Source of the DNA: an uncultured Clostridia bacterium
GTDB lineage: Bacteria; Bacillota; Clostridia; Oscillospirales; Oscillospiraceae
Reading direction: 5' to 3'
NCBI GenBank assembly: GCA_946186375.1
Contig: CAMHMZ010000009.1
Location: 1,419-65,418 of the forward strand
Length of the DNA stretch: 64,000 nt
The notes beneath the pieces are model-generated. The model made no database searches. It saw nothing but the letters and a program-made list of their open reading frames with translations, and had not been told where the DNA came from. Of the stretch, positions 53,821 through 62,212 are shown in pieces. A program made the position numbers and the translations under genes. Every line of letters begins with the position of its first letter. Positions within the stretch are counted from its first letter, which is position 1.

Positions 53821-53847
53821 GCCGCGGCGTGCAGGAGCCCCGCTCTC

Positions 53848-53876
53848 TTGACAGGGAATAATTCCCGCATTATACT
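53848..53876 (+). promoter_or_regulatory. promoter of tandem paralog 1 with a palindromic spacer
   Basis: TTGACA-17-TATACT. The spacer contains the perfect palindrome GGGAAT-A-ATTCCC. Confidence 0.55.
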
Positions 53877-53940
53877 GTATTTGACAGCTCGCGGCGCTCC
53901 GCCGCAAAAAGCCGGCTAACTATCAGGAAAGGAGAAACCC

Positions 53941-54741
53941 ATGAATAAAACTCTCAAACGCGTTTTGACCCTGGCCCTCGCGCTCATCATGCTGCTGAGC
54001 CTGGCCGCCACCGCCTTTGCCGATGACGGCGACGTCTATCCCTTTTCTGGCGAGGTGACCGTATACCGCTCCCTTAAGGAGGGAAAAAGCTACTTTACGA
54101 TCCCGCTCGCCGTCGGCGTCCAGAATTTCACGCTCAAACGCTCGACCGTCAAGCTGAGTGCCAACACCTGCGGCGCGGTGCCCTACCGCTTCAACAAGAG
54201 CCTCGGCAAAGAGACCCGCACCGATTATGACCTCTTTTTTAAGGACTGGAACATTACCACGACCGATACCAGCTGCGTCTACACCTTCACCTTTACAGCG
54301 GAGACAGCCGGCACCTGCACGATCAACTACAAGATCGGCGACGCCCGCTTTACCATCAAGGTCAAGGTGCTCGACTACGTCAATCCCTTGAAATCTCTGA
54401 GCTTCACCAACTTCAACAGCGGCAAAAACTATGCGTCCAAATTTAAAAGCGGCAACCACAGCAATGACCTCGTCTTTAAGAGCAACGTGAAGAGCTCCTC
54501 TCTGAAGCTCGCGGCCAAGGACGGCTGGAAGATCCTCTCCGCGGAGATCCTGGATTGCAACACGCTCAACAGGGTGACCTTCTCCTCGGCGCGGAAAGGC
54601 CTCGCCTCCGTCTCCGTCCGCTGGGGGACCTTCAAGATCACGCACACCTATAGTATCAAGGTCACGCTCTACAACACGAAAAACGGCGGCACGCTGAATC
54701 TGGACTTCGATTTCGCCGGGAAAAACTCGGAATTGAACTGA
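53941..54741 (+). CDS. secreted protein of unknown function, tandem paralog 1
   Basis: AAAGGAGA RBS. Signal peptide MNKTLKRVLTLALALIMLLSLAATAFA/DD. Shares the core ..YKIG...F.IKVKVLDYVNPLK.. with the two downstream genes. Confidence 0.7.
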   Translation: MNKTLKRVLTLALALIMLLSLAATAFADDGDVYPFSGEVTVYRSLKEGKSYFTIPLAVGVQNFTLKRSTVKLSANTCGAVPYRFNKSLGKETRTDYDLFFKDWNITTTDTSCVYTFTFTAETAGTCTINYKIGDARFTIKVKVLDYVNPLKSLSFTNFNSGKNYASKFKSGNHSNDLVFKSNVKSSSLKLAAKDGWKILSAEILDCNTLNRVTFSSARKGLASVSVRWGTFKITHTYSIKVTLYNTKNGGTLNLDFDFAGKNSELN

Positions 54742-54794
54742 CCTTCTTCGACCGGAGACGGTGGAAAAGCTTGCCTGCCCCTGCCTGTTTTTTC

Positions 54795-54823
54795 TTGACA
54801 GCTTCAGCTCTTAAGATTATAAT
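54795..54823 (+). promoter_or_regulatory. consensus promoter of tandem paralog 2
   Basis: TTGACA-17-TATAAT exactly. The 5-prime UTR hairpin GGTCGGCGCC-GGAA-GGCGCCGACC lies at 54837..54860. Confidence 0.6.
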
Positions 54824-54900
54824 TTAAATGCCAAAAGGTCGGCGCCGGAAGGCGCCGACCATCTTTATCCGGAAACATCATGAGGAAAAGGAGAATGAAC

Positions 54901-55698
54901 ATGAATAAAACCATGAAACGCGTTCTGACCCTGGCGCTGGCGATGCTGATGCTGCTGAGCCTGACCGTCACCGCCTTCGCCGACGACGGGGAGGTTTATC
55001 CCGCAACCGGCACCGTGACCGTCTACCGCACGGACAAGAGCGGCGAGAGCTATGTCACCGTTACGCTGGCCAGCGGCAGCAAGAACTTCACCATCAAGCG
55101 CTCCAGCGTCACCGTCAAGCCCGGCACCACGGGAGCAGCGCTTGTCGAATTCAACAAGCACCGCGACATCGTCGATGGCGAATATGACTACGGCATGGGC
55201 CAGTGGGACAAGGGCGGCTGGTACGACTGCAATTACACCGCCACGCTCCGGGTCTCGGCCGCCGGCACCGCCACCGTCAAATACAAGATCGGCACGACGA
55301 GCTACACCCTCAAGGTCAAGGTCCTCGACTACGTCAACCCCGTCAAGACCATCACGCTCACCGGCGTCAACAGCGGCAAGAGCTTCGCCGCCCGCACGAA
55401 CCCCTCGACGTATGCCACCAAGTCCCTTGCGCTGAAGAAAACCACCAAGAACGCCGTGCTGAAGGTCACGGCCAAGAGCGGCTGGAAGATCAACTCCGTC
55501 GGCATTCAGGACCAGACCACCGGCGCTGTCCGCATCTTCGCCAACTACAGCGGCGTCAGCTCCGCCACGCTCAAATGGGGCACGCTGAACAAGGCTCACA
55601 TCTATTCGATCGAGCTTGAGCTCGTGAACACGAAGAACGGTGCCAGCATGACCGTCAGTTACAGCGTCATCGGTTCCGCCGCCGAAGCGCTTTTCTGA
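54901..55698 (+). CDS. secreted protein of unknown function, tandem paralog 2
   Basis: ORF 54880..55698. ATG 54901 (MNKTMKRV..) chosen by RBS spacing and by analogy to paralogs 1 and 3. Same signal peptide and the KYKIGTTSYTLKVKVLDYVNPVKTITLTGVNSGKSFAART core. Confidence 0.7.
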   Translation: MNKTMKRVLTLALAMLMLLSLTVTAFADDGEVYPATGTVTVYRTDKSGESYVTVTLASGSKNFTIKRSSVTVKPGTTGAALVEFNKHRDIVDGEYDYGMGQWDKGGWYDCNYTATLRVSAAGTATVKYKIGTTSYTLKVKVLDYVNPVKTITLTGVNSGKSFAARTNPSTYATKSLALKKTTKNAVLKVTAKSGWKINSVGIQDQTTGAVRIFANYSGVSSATLKWGTLNKAHIYSIELELVNTKNGASMTVSYSVIGSAAEALF

Positions 55699-55778
55699 GC
55701 GAAGCGGCGCGTTCCCCTCATCGTCAATGAGAGCGCCGGCTCTCTTAAAAATACAGGATGAAAGGATAGGACCTGCTC

Positions 55779-56594
55779 ATGAACAAAACTCTGAAACGCG
55801 TTACAACCCTCGCGCTCGCGCTCGTGATGCTCCTGAGCCTGAGCGTCGCCGCCTTCGCCGACGAAGGCGAGATCTACCCTGTCTCCGGCACGATCACCCG
55901 CTATATGTCCTTCGATCCCGAAAACTCCGGCCTCACTTCCCACACCTGCTGGCTGACCATCGCCTCCGCCGACAAGAACATTACCATCAAGCGCTCCAGC
56001 GTGAAGGTCACGGCCGGCACCTGTGAGGCCAAGCTCTACGCCTTTGAAAAGTCTTTCTACGGCTACGACGAGCAGTACGACTTTTCGGGTGAGAAGACCT
56101 GGGACGAAAGCTACTCCTACCGCAGTTATGATTATACGATCGGCGTCCGCGTCAGCAAGCCCGGCACTTTCACGGTCAAGTACAAGATCGGCACCACCTC
56201 CTACAGCTTCAAGGTGAAGGTCCTCAAGTACGTCAACCCCGTCAAGACCATCACGCTCAGCGGTGTCAACGGCGGCAAGAGCTTCGCGGCCCGGACGAAG
56301 TATGCGAACAGCAACTTCGTAGATCGCCTCTCGCTCCCGGCCAAGAAGACCAACACCTCTCTGAAGGTCACCGCCAAGGACGGTTGGAAGCTCACCTCCA
56401 TCACGCTCCGGGATTCCACGAAAAACACCTCCCGCAGCTACACCTGCACCAGCAGCCCCGTCAGCAGCTTCACGCTCAAGTGCGGCACGCTCTACGCCAA
56501 CCGCAACTATCAGGTATCTTTGAACCTGATCAACACCAAGAACAACGCCTCGCAGACCATCTACTACTACATCGACGGCGCCAAGGCCGGCTAA
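55779..56594 (+). CDS. secreted protein of unknown function, tandem paralog 3
   Basis: MNKTLKRVTTLALALVMLLSLSVAAFA/DE. KYKIGTTSYSFKVKVLKYVNPVKTITLSGVNGGKSFAART core. Followed by a strong terminator. Confidence 0.7.
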   Translation: MNKTLKRVTTLALALVMLLSLSVAAFADEGEIYPVSGTITRYMSFDPENSGLTSHTCWLTIASADKNITIKRSSVKVTAGTCEAKLYAFEKSFYGYDEQYDFSGEKTWDESYSYRSYDYTIGVRVSKPGTFTVKYKIGTTSYSFKVKVLKYVNPVKTITLSGVNGGKSFAARTKYANSNFVDRLSLPAKKTNTSLKVTAKDGWKLTSITLRDSTKNTSRSYTCTSSPVSSFTLKCGTLYANRNYQVSLNLINTKNNASQTIYYYIDGAKAG

Positions 56595-56628
56595 GCCACT
56601 CCGCATACGGAAAACGAGCATACAAACA

Positions 56629-56665
56629 GAACCAGCCCTTCGGGAGAGGGGCTGGTTCTTTTTTT
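56629..56665 (+). terminator. intrinsic terminator of the tandem paralog array
   Basis: GAACCAGCCC-TTCGGGAGAG-GGGCTGGTTC then TTTTTTT. Confidence 0.8.
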
Positions 56666-56688
56666 GACTTGTGAGCCGCGGCGGGAAT

Positions 56689-57124
56689 GAGTTTTCAGTT
56701 TTAAGTTTTTAGTTCTTAGGAAGATAAACGGCAGTTTATCGCTGAGTTTATAATGAAGCCGTAGGGGCGGCTATCAGCCGCCCGCGGACACGGTGCAGGC
56801 TCGGCGGACGAGCAATGCTCGTCCCTACGGGGGGCGCAGCCTCTTTTCGTAGGGGCCGGCGTCCTCTGACGGCCCGGCAGAAAAAGCCAAAAACATACGG
56901 AAATCCCCGGCGAATTCGTGGAATAGTACGCTTTCGCCGGGGATTTGTTCACGTATTTAGATCGTACCGCGCGGGCCGCCGAGGGCGTCGGCCCCTACGA
57001 CATGGACGACAATTCCCGCGCAAAACCTTCCTTTTCCCATCATTCCGAATTCCGAATTCCGCATTCCAAATTCGCCGCTAAACTCCAATTTGTCGCTCGC
57101 CTGAAAACTGACTTCTGAAAACTC
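56689..57124 (+). repeat. modular intergenic element, copy R6 (H1 rearranged, plus H2 and H3)
   Basis: Degenerate left end (GTTTTCAGTTTTAAGTTTTTAG). The right arm of H1 is replaced by the new hairpin GGACGAGCAATGCTCGTCC. Canonical right end. Confidence 0.8.
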
Positions 57125-57126
57125 TA

Positions 57127-57831
57127 TTATTCCGAATTCTCCGCCAGTCTGCCCGCCTCGGCGAACAGGGCGCGCAGCTTTTCCGCATAGCCGCGGATGG
57201 GGCTGCCCGGCCGCGGCAGCGCGATCGTATAGCGCGTCTGAGACGGCTCCTCGCCGGTCAGCACGTCCCAGAGCGCGTCGAGGTTTTCGCCGTACCGGGG
57301 CCTCCAGTCCATGCCCTCCCGCAGCACGGCGTACACGTCCGCGCGCGTCCGGCATTCGCCGAGCTCGAGGACGCGGCTCTCGGTCAGCGCGCCGAGCAGG
57401 CCGCGGCAGCCCGCCGTCACGTCGGCCCAGGCGGCCTCGAAGTCGCGGGTGTACCAGGGGTCAGCCACCGCCTCGCCGGGGCGGCCCGCGTAGTCCAGCA
57501 GGAGCTTCACGCGCCCGCCCGCGCTTTCGCCGAAGAGGCGGCGCATGTTGCGGATGTTCCACTCGTCCATGCCGAGCAGGAGATCATACCGCTCACAGTC
57601 GTCCGGGCGCAGCTGCCGCGCGGTCTTGCCGGCCGTGTCGATCCCGTGCGCGGCCAGCAGCCGCCGCACCGGCGGATACACGCCGTTGCCTAGCTCCTCT
57701 GCGCTCGTTGCGGCGGAGGCGAGCTCAAAATGCCCGGCCACTCCTGCGCGCGCGCAGAGGTCCCTCATATAAAGCTCCGCCATCGGGCTGCGGCAGATAT
57801 TGCCGTGGCAAACAAACAGGATTTTGGTCAT
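57127..57831 (-). CDS. low-molecular-weight protein-tyrosine phosphatase fused to a barstar-like domain
   Basis: N-terminus ILFVCHGNICRSPMAE (CX5R-S P-loop) and ADPWY (DP loop). C-terminal about 85 aa contain RPRYGENLDALWDVLTG, the barstar signature. Confidence 0.8.
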   Translation of the reverse strand: MTKILFVCHGNICRSPMAELYMRDLCARAGVAGHFELASAATSAEELGNGVYPPVRRLLAAHGIDTAGKTARQLRPDDCERYDLLLGMDEWNIRNMRRLFGESAGGRVKLLLDYAGRPGEAVADPWYTRDFEAAWADVTAGCRGLLGALTESRVLELGECRTRADVYAVLREGMDWRPRYGENLDALWDVLTGEEPSQTRYTIALPRPGSPIRGYAEKLRALFAEAGRLAENSE

Positions 57832-57866
57832 GGCTTTCGTCTCCCGGTCTTTGTTATAGATCCGCT

Positions 57867-58472
57867 TTATTCCTTTGGGCGGGATCCTTCTGCCTTGCTG
57901 TCCGCCCGGCTTTTCACCTCAGCGATCAGACGGCCGTCAAAGTCGATCTCGTAATAATAGTCAAGGAAATCATAGAGGCAGATCCGGTCTTCCTTGATCT
58001 CAAACGCTGTTTTTCCGCTGTTCGAGAAAAATATATCATGGCCCGAAAACGACCAGACTGGTTCCAGCTCGCGATCAAGCATGGTGATGTCGATCTCGCC
58101 GTATACCAGAAAGCCGCCGTTCAGGGCGAAGATCGCAAAATTGGTGCCCCGGCTGTCAACGCTGCCGTGCTTGACGATCCGGCCCGTTTCGAGGTCGAAG
58201 CGAAACACGTCCCAGCCCTGCAAAACGGTCAGCTCCGTGCCGTCGAGGACCGCGCAGTTCGTGTCGCAGCTGTTCCCATCGCCGATCAGCGCCATGGAAT
58301 ATCTGTGCTTTCCCACAGAGACGGAGATCGAGAACACGTTGTAAAAATCACTCTCCGTATAGGCGTCCGGGTTATAAATACAATCGTATTTCCCTGCCGT
58401 GTCGCTTTCCTCTGCCGGGATCTCCTCCTCAGAGCAGATAGAGACCCTGCACAGTTTGTTTTCAAGCGTCAT
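57867..58472 (-). CDS. hypothetical protein (201 aa), lower GC than neighbours
   Basis: ORF 57867..58673 trimmed to ATG 58470-58472 behind GGAGGAG. Beta-rich, aromatic-rich sequence. No family recognised. Confidence 0.55.
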   Translation of the reverse strand: MTLENKLCRVSICSEEEIPAEESDTAGKYDCIYNPDAYTESDFYNVFSISVSVGKHRYSMALIGDGNSCDTNCAVLDGTELTVLQGWDVFRFDLETGRIVKHGSVDSRGTNFAIFALNGGFLVYGEIDITMLDRELEPVWSFSGHDIFFSNSGKTAFEIKEDRICLYDFLDYYYEIDFDGRLIAEVKSRADSKAEGSRPKE

Positions 58473-58551
58473 GGTTTTTTCGCTCCTCCGAGATCCCATT
58501 GACGGGCGCCTGTCAGTGTTCCTCCATCTGACTGTCCCGCTCCGGTATGAT

Positions 58552-60387
58552 TTATGATGTGGAAAAACATTCGCCCTCCGGCGCGGCGCCGAAGGCGCTT
58601 TCGTAGACGCTGCGGTACCAGTCCCGCCCGTCGCAGCGGAGGATCTCCTCCAGTGCGGCGAGGAGCGACTCATCCGTCAGCCACGCCGTCACGAGCGGGC
58701 TGAACTGCCGTCCGCCGTCGGCGAGCAGGCGCTGCGCGAGCGCGGGCAGATCCCCCTCATACTCGTCGATCAGGAAAGACACCAGCGCCGTGAGATCCGT
58801 CATTTGCCGACAGGCCGAGTCGGTGCGGACATATTCCTCGGGATAGCCCTGCGAGCCGTCATACCAGCGGTGATGGCCCAGGGCGATGTCCGCATAGCGC
58901 TCGGTGGAGGGCCTTTTGCGCAGATCGTCATAGCCCGAGACCGTGTGCAGACGGTACATCTGAAACTCGTTTTCAAAGAGGCTGCGGGTCTGCTGCGTGC
59001 GGGCGAGGTTCATCTTGATCTGCCCGAAATCGTGGTACAATCCGCAGCCCTCGGCGTAGTCGAGCAGCGCCGCGCGCTTTTGCGCGGGATCGGCGATGGC
59101 GCACAGGAAGGGGATATCGTCAAAAAAGGCGCTCTCCCTGTCGAAGATGGCCTCGCTGAAGCAGCGCAGCAGCGCCCCGGCGCGGCGGGAGCGGATATAG
59201 AGCTCCCCGGTGAAGCGCTGCATGAGCAGGGGCATCACGTCGCTGTAAAGCAGGCCGCCCTCCATCTCGCGAAAGTCGGTGATCACAAGGTCGAGCAGAT
59301 AGACGAAATAATCGTCGAGCCGCTGCGTCGGGCAACACAGAAGCGCCTTGAGCATCTTCCGGTAGGCGCCCTCGAGAAAGCGCAGGCGCAGAGGATCCGC
59401 GCGGAGCTTCTCGTCACCGGCGACGAGGCGGCCGTAGTAGATGGGCAGCTGGACGTTCCCGTAGAGCCCGGAGACGTCGTACTGGTCGTAGGGCGTCCGG
59501 GAGATGAGCGACTCCAGCCGCTCCAGCGTCGTCTTCTGATCGACATAGCCGCAGCTGTATTCCATCTCGTAATAGGGCCAGAGCCAGCGGATGCTGGGGT
59601 TGGCCGCGCTCTCCTCGGGCTTGAAGACCTCATAGCAGGAGTCGAGCACCGTGGCCAGCTCCTCGGCGCTCAGGCTGCCGCGCGAGAGCTCGCTGCGGTT
59701 GGCGCTCATCTGCTGATGTGTCCGGCGCAGGAAAGCGTCCCAGGGCAGGGACGGCGCCAGGGCGCGGTAATGCTCGTCCTGCAGGATCTGCAGCGTGCGC
59801 GCGGAGATGGCGATGCGCCGTTTGCTCTCCCGCGTGCAGAGGGAGATGTTCGCGAGGGAGCGGATGATATAGCCCTTCGTCTCCTCGTTCGGCAGCTCCT
59901 CAAAATAGCGCAGATAGGCGGCGGCCTCGGAGAAGAGCAGCTCGTTTTGAAAATAGAAGGTGCCGCTCCAGCGGAGGTCGACGCCCTCCACCGTGCGCCG
60001 GAGATAATACATCCCCATGCCCAGCAGATAGAGCTCCCGGATGACGCCGTCCCGATCCCGCCGAAAGCGGCAGAGGCTCAGCATGGCGTCGTGAACAGCG
60101 ACGTACACGCCGCAGTCGAGATTGGTCTTCCAGTCCATGAGCTGCGCGGCAAAGTCCGTCAGCTCCCGCAGCGTCTCCTCCGGGGCGCTGTGCAGCTCGT
60201 CGAGCACCGGGAAGAGCTGCTCCTGCAGGAGCGCAAGGTTCTCCTCCCGCAGCCGCGCGATGCGGGCGCGGTCCTCCCGCTGCCGCTGAAACCAGGTGTC
60301 GAAGTCGGCCCCGGCGTGTCGGTAGAGATCGCTCAGGGAGCGGATCTCGGCGGTATTGGCGATATAGCGTTCCTGATAGGGCTGCAT
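58552..60387 (-). CDS. divergent HD-GYP domain protein with large uncharacterised N-terminal region
   Basis: AAGGAGGAGG RBS. C-terminal ..LYHDFGQ.. and ..GHHRWYDGSQGYP.. resemble the HD and HHExxDGxGYP motifs. The first roughly 420 aa are unassigned. Confidence 0.65.
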   Translation of the reverse strand: MQPYQERYIANTAEIRSLSDLYRHAGADFDTWFQRQREDRARIARLREENLALLQEQLFPVLDELHSAPEETLRELTDFAAQLMDWKTNLDCGVYVAVHDAMLSLCRFRRDRDGVIRELYLLGMGMYYLRRTVEGVDLRWSGTFYFQNELLFSEAAAYLRYFEELPNEETKGYIIRSLANISLCTRESKRRIAISARTLQILQDEHYRALAPSLPWDAFLRRTHQQMSANRSELSRGSLSAEELATVLDSCYEVFKPEESAANPSIRWLWPYYEMEYSCGYVDQKTTLERLESLISRTPYDQYDVSGLYGNVQLPIYYGRLVAGDEKLRADPLRLRFLEGAYRKMLKALLCCPTQRLDDYFVYLLDLVITDFREMEGGLLYSDVMPLLMQRFTGELYIRSRRAGALLRCFSEAIFDRESAFFDDIPFLCAIADPAQKRAALLDYAEGCGLYHDFGQIKMNLARTQQTRSLFENEFQMYRLHTVSGYDDLRKRPSTERYADIALGHHRWYDGSQGYPEEYVRTDSACRQMTDLTALVSFLIDEYEGDLPALAQRLLADGGRQFSPLVTAWLTDESLLAALEEILRCDGRDWYRSVYESAFGAAPEGECFSTS

Positions 60388-60423
60388 GGGCCTCCTCCTT
60401 TCCCTGTCGTGTCGCTCAGACGC

Positions 60424-62034
60424 TCAGCGCCGCAGCTGGCGCAGCGTCTGCAGCAGGATGTTGATATCGATAGGCTTGGCGAGGTGTCCGTCCATCCCGG
60501 CGCTGCGCGCGCGGGCGATGTCCTCGGCAAAGGTGTTGGCCGTCATGGCATAGATGGCGACGCTTTTGCTGTCGCTCCGGCCGCTGGCGCGGATCCGTCC
60601 GGCGGCGGTGTAGCCGTCCATGACGGGCATCTGGATGTCCATGAGGATCACATCGTAGGTCCCGGGCTCAGCGCTGAGGAAGCGGTCGAGCGCCTGCAGG
60701 CCGTCCTCCGCCTCGTCCACCGCGGCGTGCGCGCTGCTGAGGATCTCACGGGCGATCTCGCGGTTGATGAAATTGTCCTCCACGAGGAGGATGCGCATAC
60801 CCTCCAGGTCGGCCGCGGCCGCGCCGGCGGTCTCTTCGCCGTCGGCGAAGAGGCTGTTGAGCCCCTTGAGCAGGGATTTGCGGAAAAAGGGCAGCGGGAG
60901 AAAGCCGCGCACGCCGCAGCGCTCGGCGCGGTATTCGATCTCGGCCCAGTTGTCGTCGCTGACGAGCAGGAGCCGAAGCGCGGGGAAGGAGCGGCTGAGA
61001 TAGCGGGCGATGTCGAAGAGGCTGCCGCTGTCCTGCCGCGCCCGGCCGATCAGCAGCGCGTGGACCTCCTGCCCGGCGATGTCGGCGTCGGCCAGCGCGG
61101 CGAAGGCCTCGGCCGCCGAGGAGACGAGCTGATAGTCGAGCGGCTGCCCGTCCAGATACTGCCGATAGGCCGCGCGCAGCGCCTCGTCCGCCTCCAGGAT
61201 CAGCAGGCGTTTGCCGCGCAGGGCCTCGGTCTGCACGGTCTCGGCCTCGACAGGCAGCGGGAAGACAAGCGTCACCTCCGTGCCCTCGCCGGGCGCGCTG
61301 ACGATGTCGATCGTGCCGTGCATGGCCTCGACAAGCTTTTTCACGATGCTCATGCCGAGGCCCGTACCCTCGATTTTGGAGTTGGTGGTGCTGTTGACAC
61401 GCTCGAAGGGCTCGAAAATGCGCCCGAGGAAGTCCTCGCTCATGCCGACGCCGTTATCGCGGCAGACAAAGCAGAGCCTGCAGAGCTCGCCCTCCATGCT
61501 CTCGGAGACGCGCAGGTCGATCTGCCCGCCGTCGGGGGTATATTTGACGGCGTTCGTGAGGATGTTCACGAGGATCTGGCGGATGCGCAGCGAGTCGCCG
61601 TAAAAGCTCTCCGCCGCGATGTTCTCGGTCGAGAGCGTGTACCGGTGGCCCTTCTGCTCGAGCTGCGGCCGGACGATGGCCATCGTCTCGTGCAGCAGGT
61701 CGCTCAGGGCGAAGCGCTCGCTGACGAGGCTCATGCGCCCGGAGTTGATGCGCGACATATCCAGTACGCCGTTGATGAGCTCCAGCAGGTGCGCGCCGGC
61801 CGTCTCGATCTTGTTCAGCGCGTCCGCCACGCGGGCCTTCTCGTCGATGTGCTTTTTGGCCAGCGCCGTCATGCCGATGATCGCGTTCATGGGCGTGCGG
61901 ATATCATGCGACATGTTGCTCAGAAAGGTCTCCTTGGCGATGTTGGAGGCCTTGGCCTCCTCCAGCTGCTGCCGGAGCTGAAGAAGCTCCCGCTCCAGCG
62001 CTTCGATCCGGATCTGTTCTTCCGTCATGCTCAT
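60424..62034 (-). CDS. cytoplasmic hybrid sensor histidine kinase with two receiver domains
   Basis: Coiled-coil N-terminus, H-box SHDIRTPMNAIIGM, and N/G boxes (..NAVKYT.., ..GTGLGMSIV..). One atypical REC and one canonical REC (..ILMDIQMPVMDG.., ..AKP..). The start may be ATG 62028. Confidence 0.85.
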   Translation of the reverse strand: MSMTEEQIRIEALERELLQLRQQLEEAKASNIAKETFLSNMSHDIRTPMNAIIGMTALAKKHIDEKARVADALNKIETAGAHLLELINGVLDMSRINSGRMSLVSERFALSDLLHETMAIVRPQLEQKGHRYTLSTENIAAESFYGDSLRIRQILVNILTNAVKYTPDGGQIDLRVSESMEGELCRLCFVCRDNGVGMSEDFLGRIFEPFERVNSTTNSKIEGTGLGMSIVKKLVEAMHGTIDIVSAPGEGTEVTLVFPLPVEAETVQTEALRGKRLLILEADEALRAAYRQYLDGQPLDYQLVSSAAEAFAALADADIAGQEVHALLIGRARQDSGSLFDIARYLSRSFPALRLLLVSDDNWAEIEYRAERCGVRGFLPLPFFRKSLLKGLNSLFADGEETAGAAAADLEGMRILLVEDNFINREIAREILSSAHAAVDEAEDGLQALDRFLSAEPGTYDVILMDIQMPVMDGYTAAGRIRASGRSDSKSVAIYAMTANTFAEDIARARSAGMDGHLAKPIDINILLQTLRQLRR

Positions 62035-62212
62035 CCCTCCCCGAAGGCGCCTCCCGCTCCGCCGGGCGGAGCGTATAGTAATTGATTTTATAATTATATC
62101 ATATCTCCTGCCGCAATTCTATCTTTTTCTTATCCCGGCAGAGGGCTTGACAGATCCGTGCCCGCGCGTTATAAACAGAGTAAATCAGTATGTTTTTAAG
62201 GGAGGCGGCGTC

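Noticed and set aside
58804-62085. 1093-aa plus-strand ORF opposite the HD-GYP and histidine-kinase genes
   Set aside because: The same argument applies. The opposite strand encodes proteins with H-box, N/G-box, receiver and HD-GYP motifs, while this frame is low-complexity Ala/Gly/Arg/Asp.
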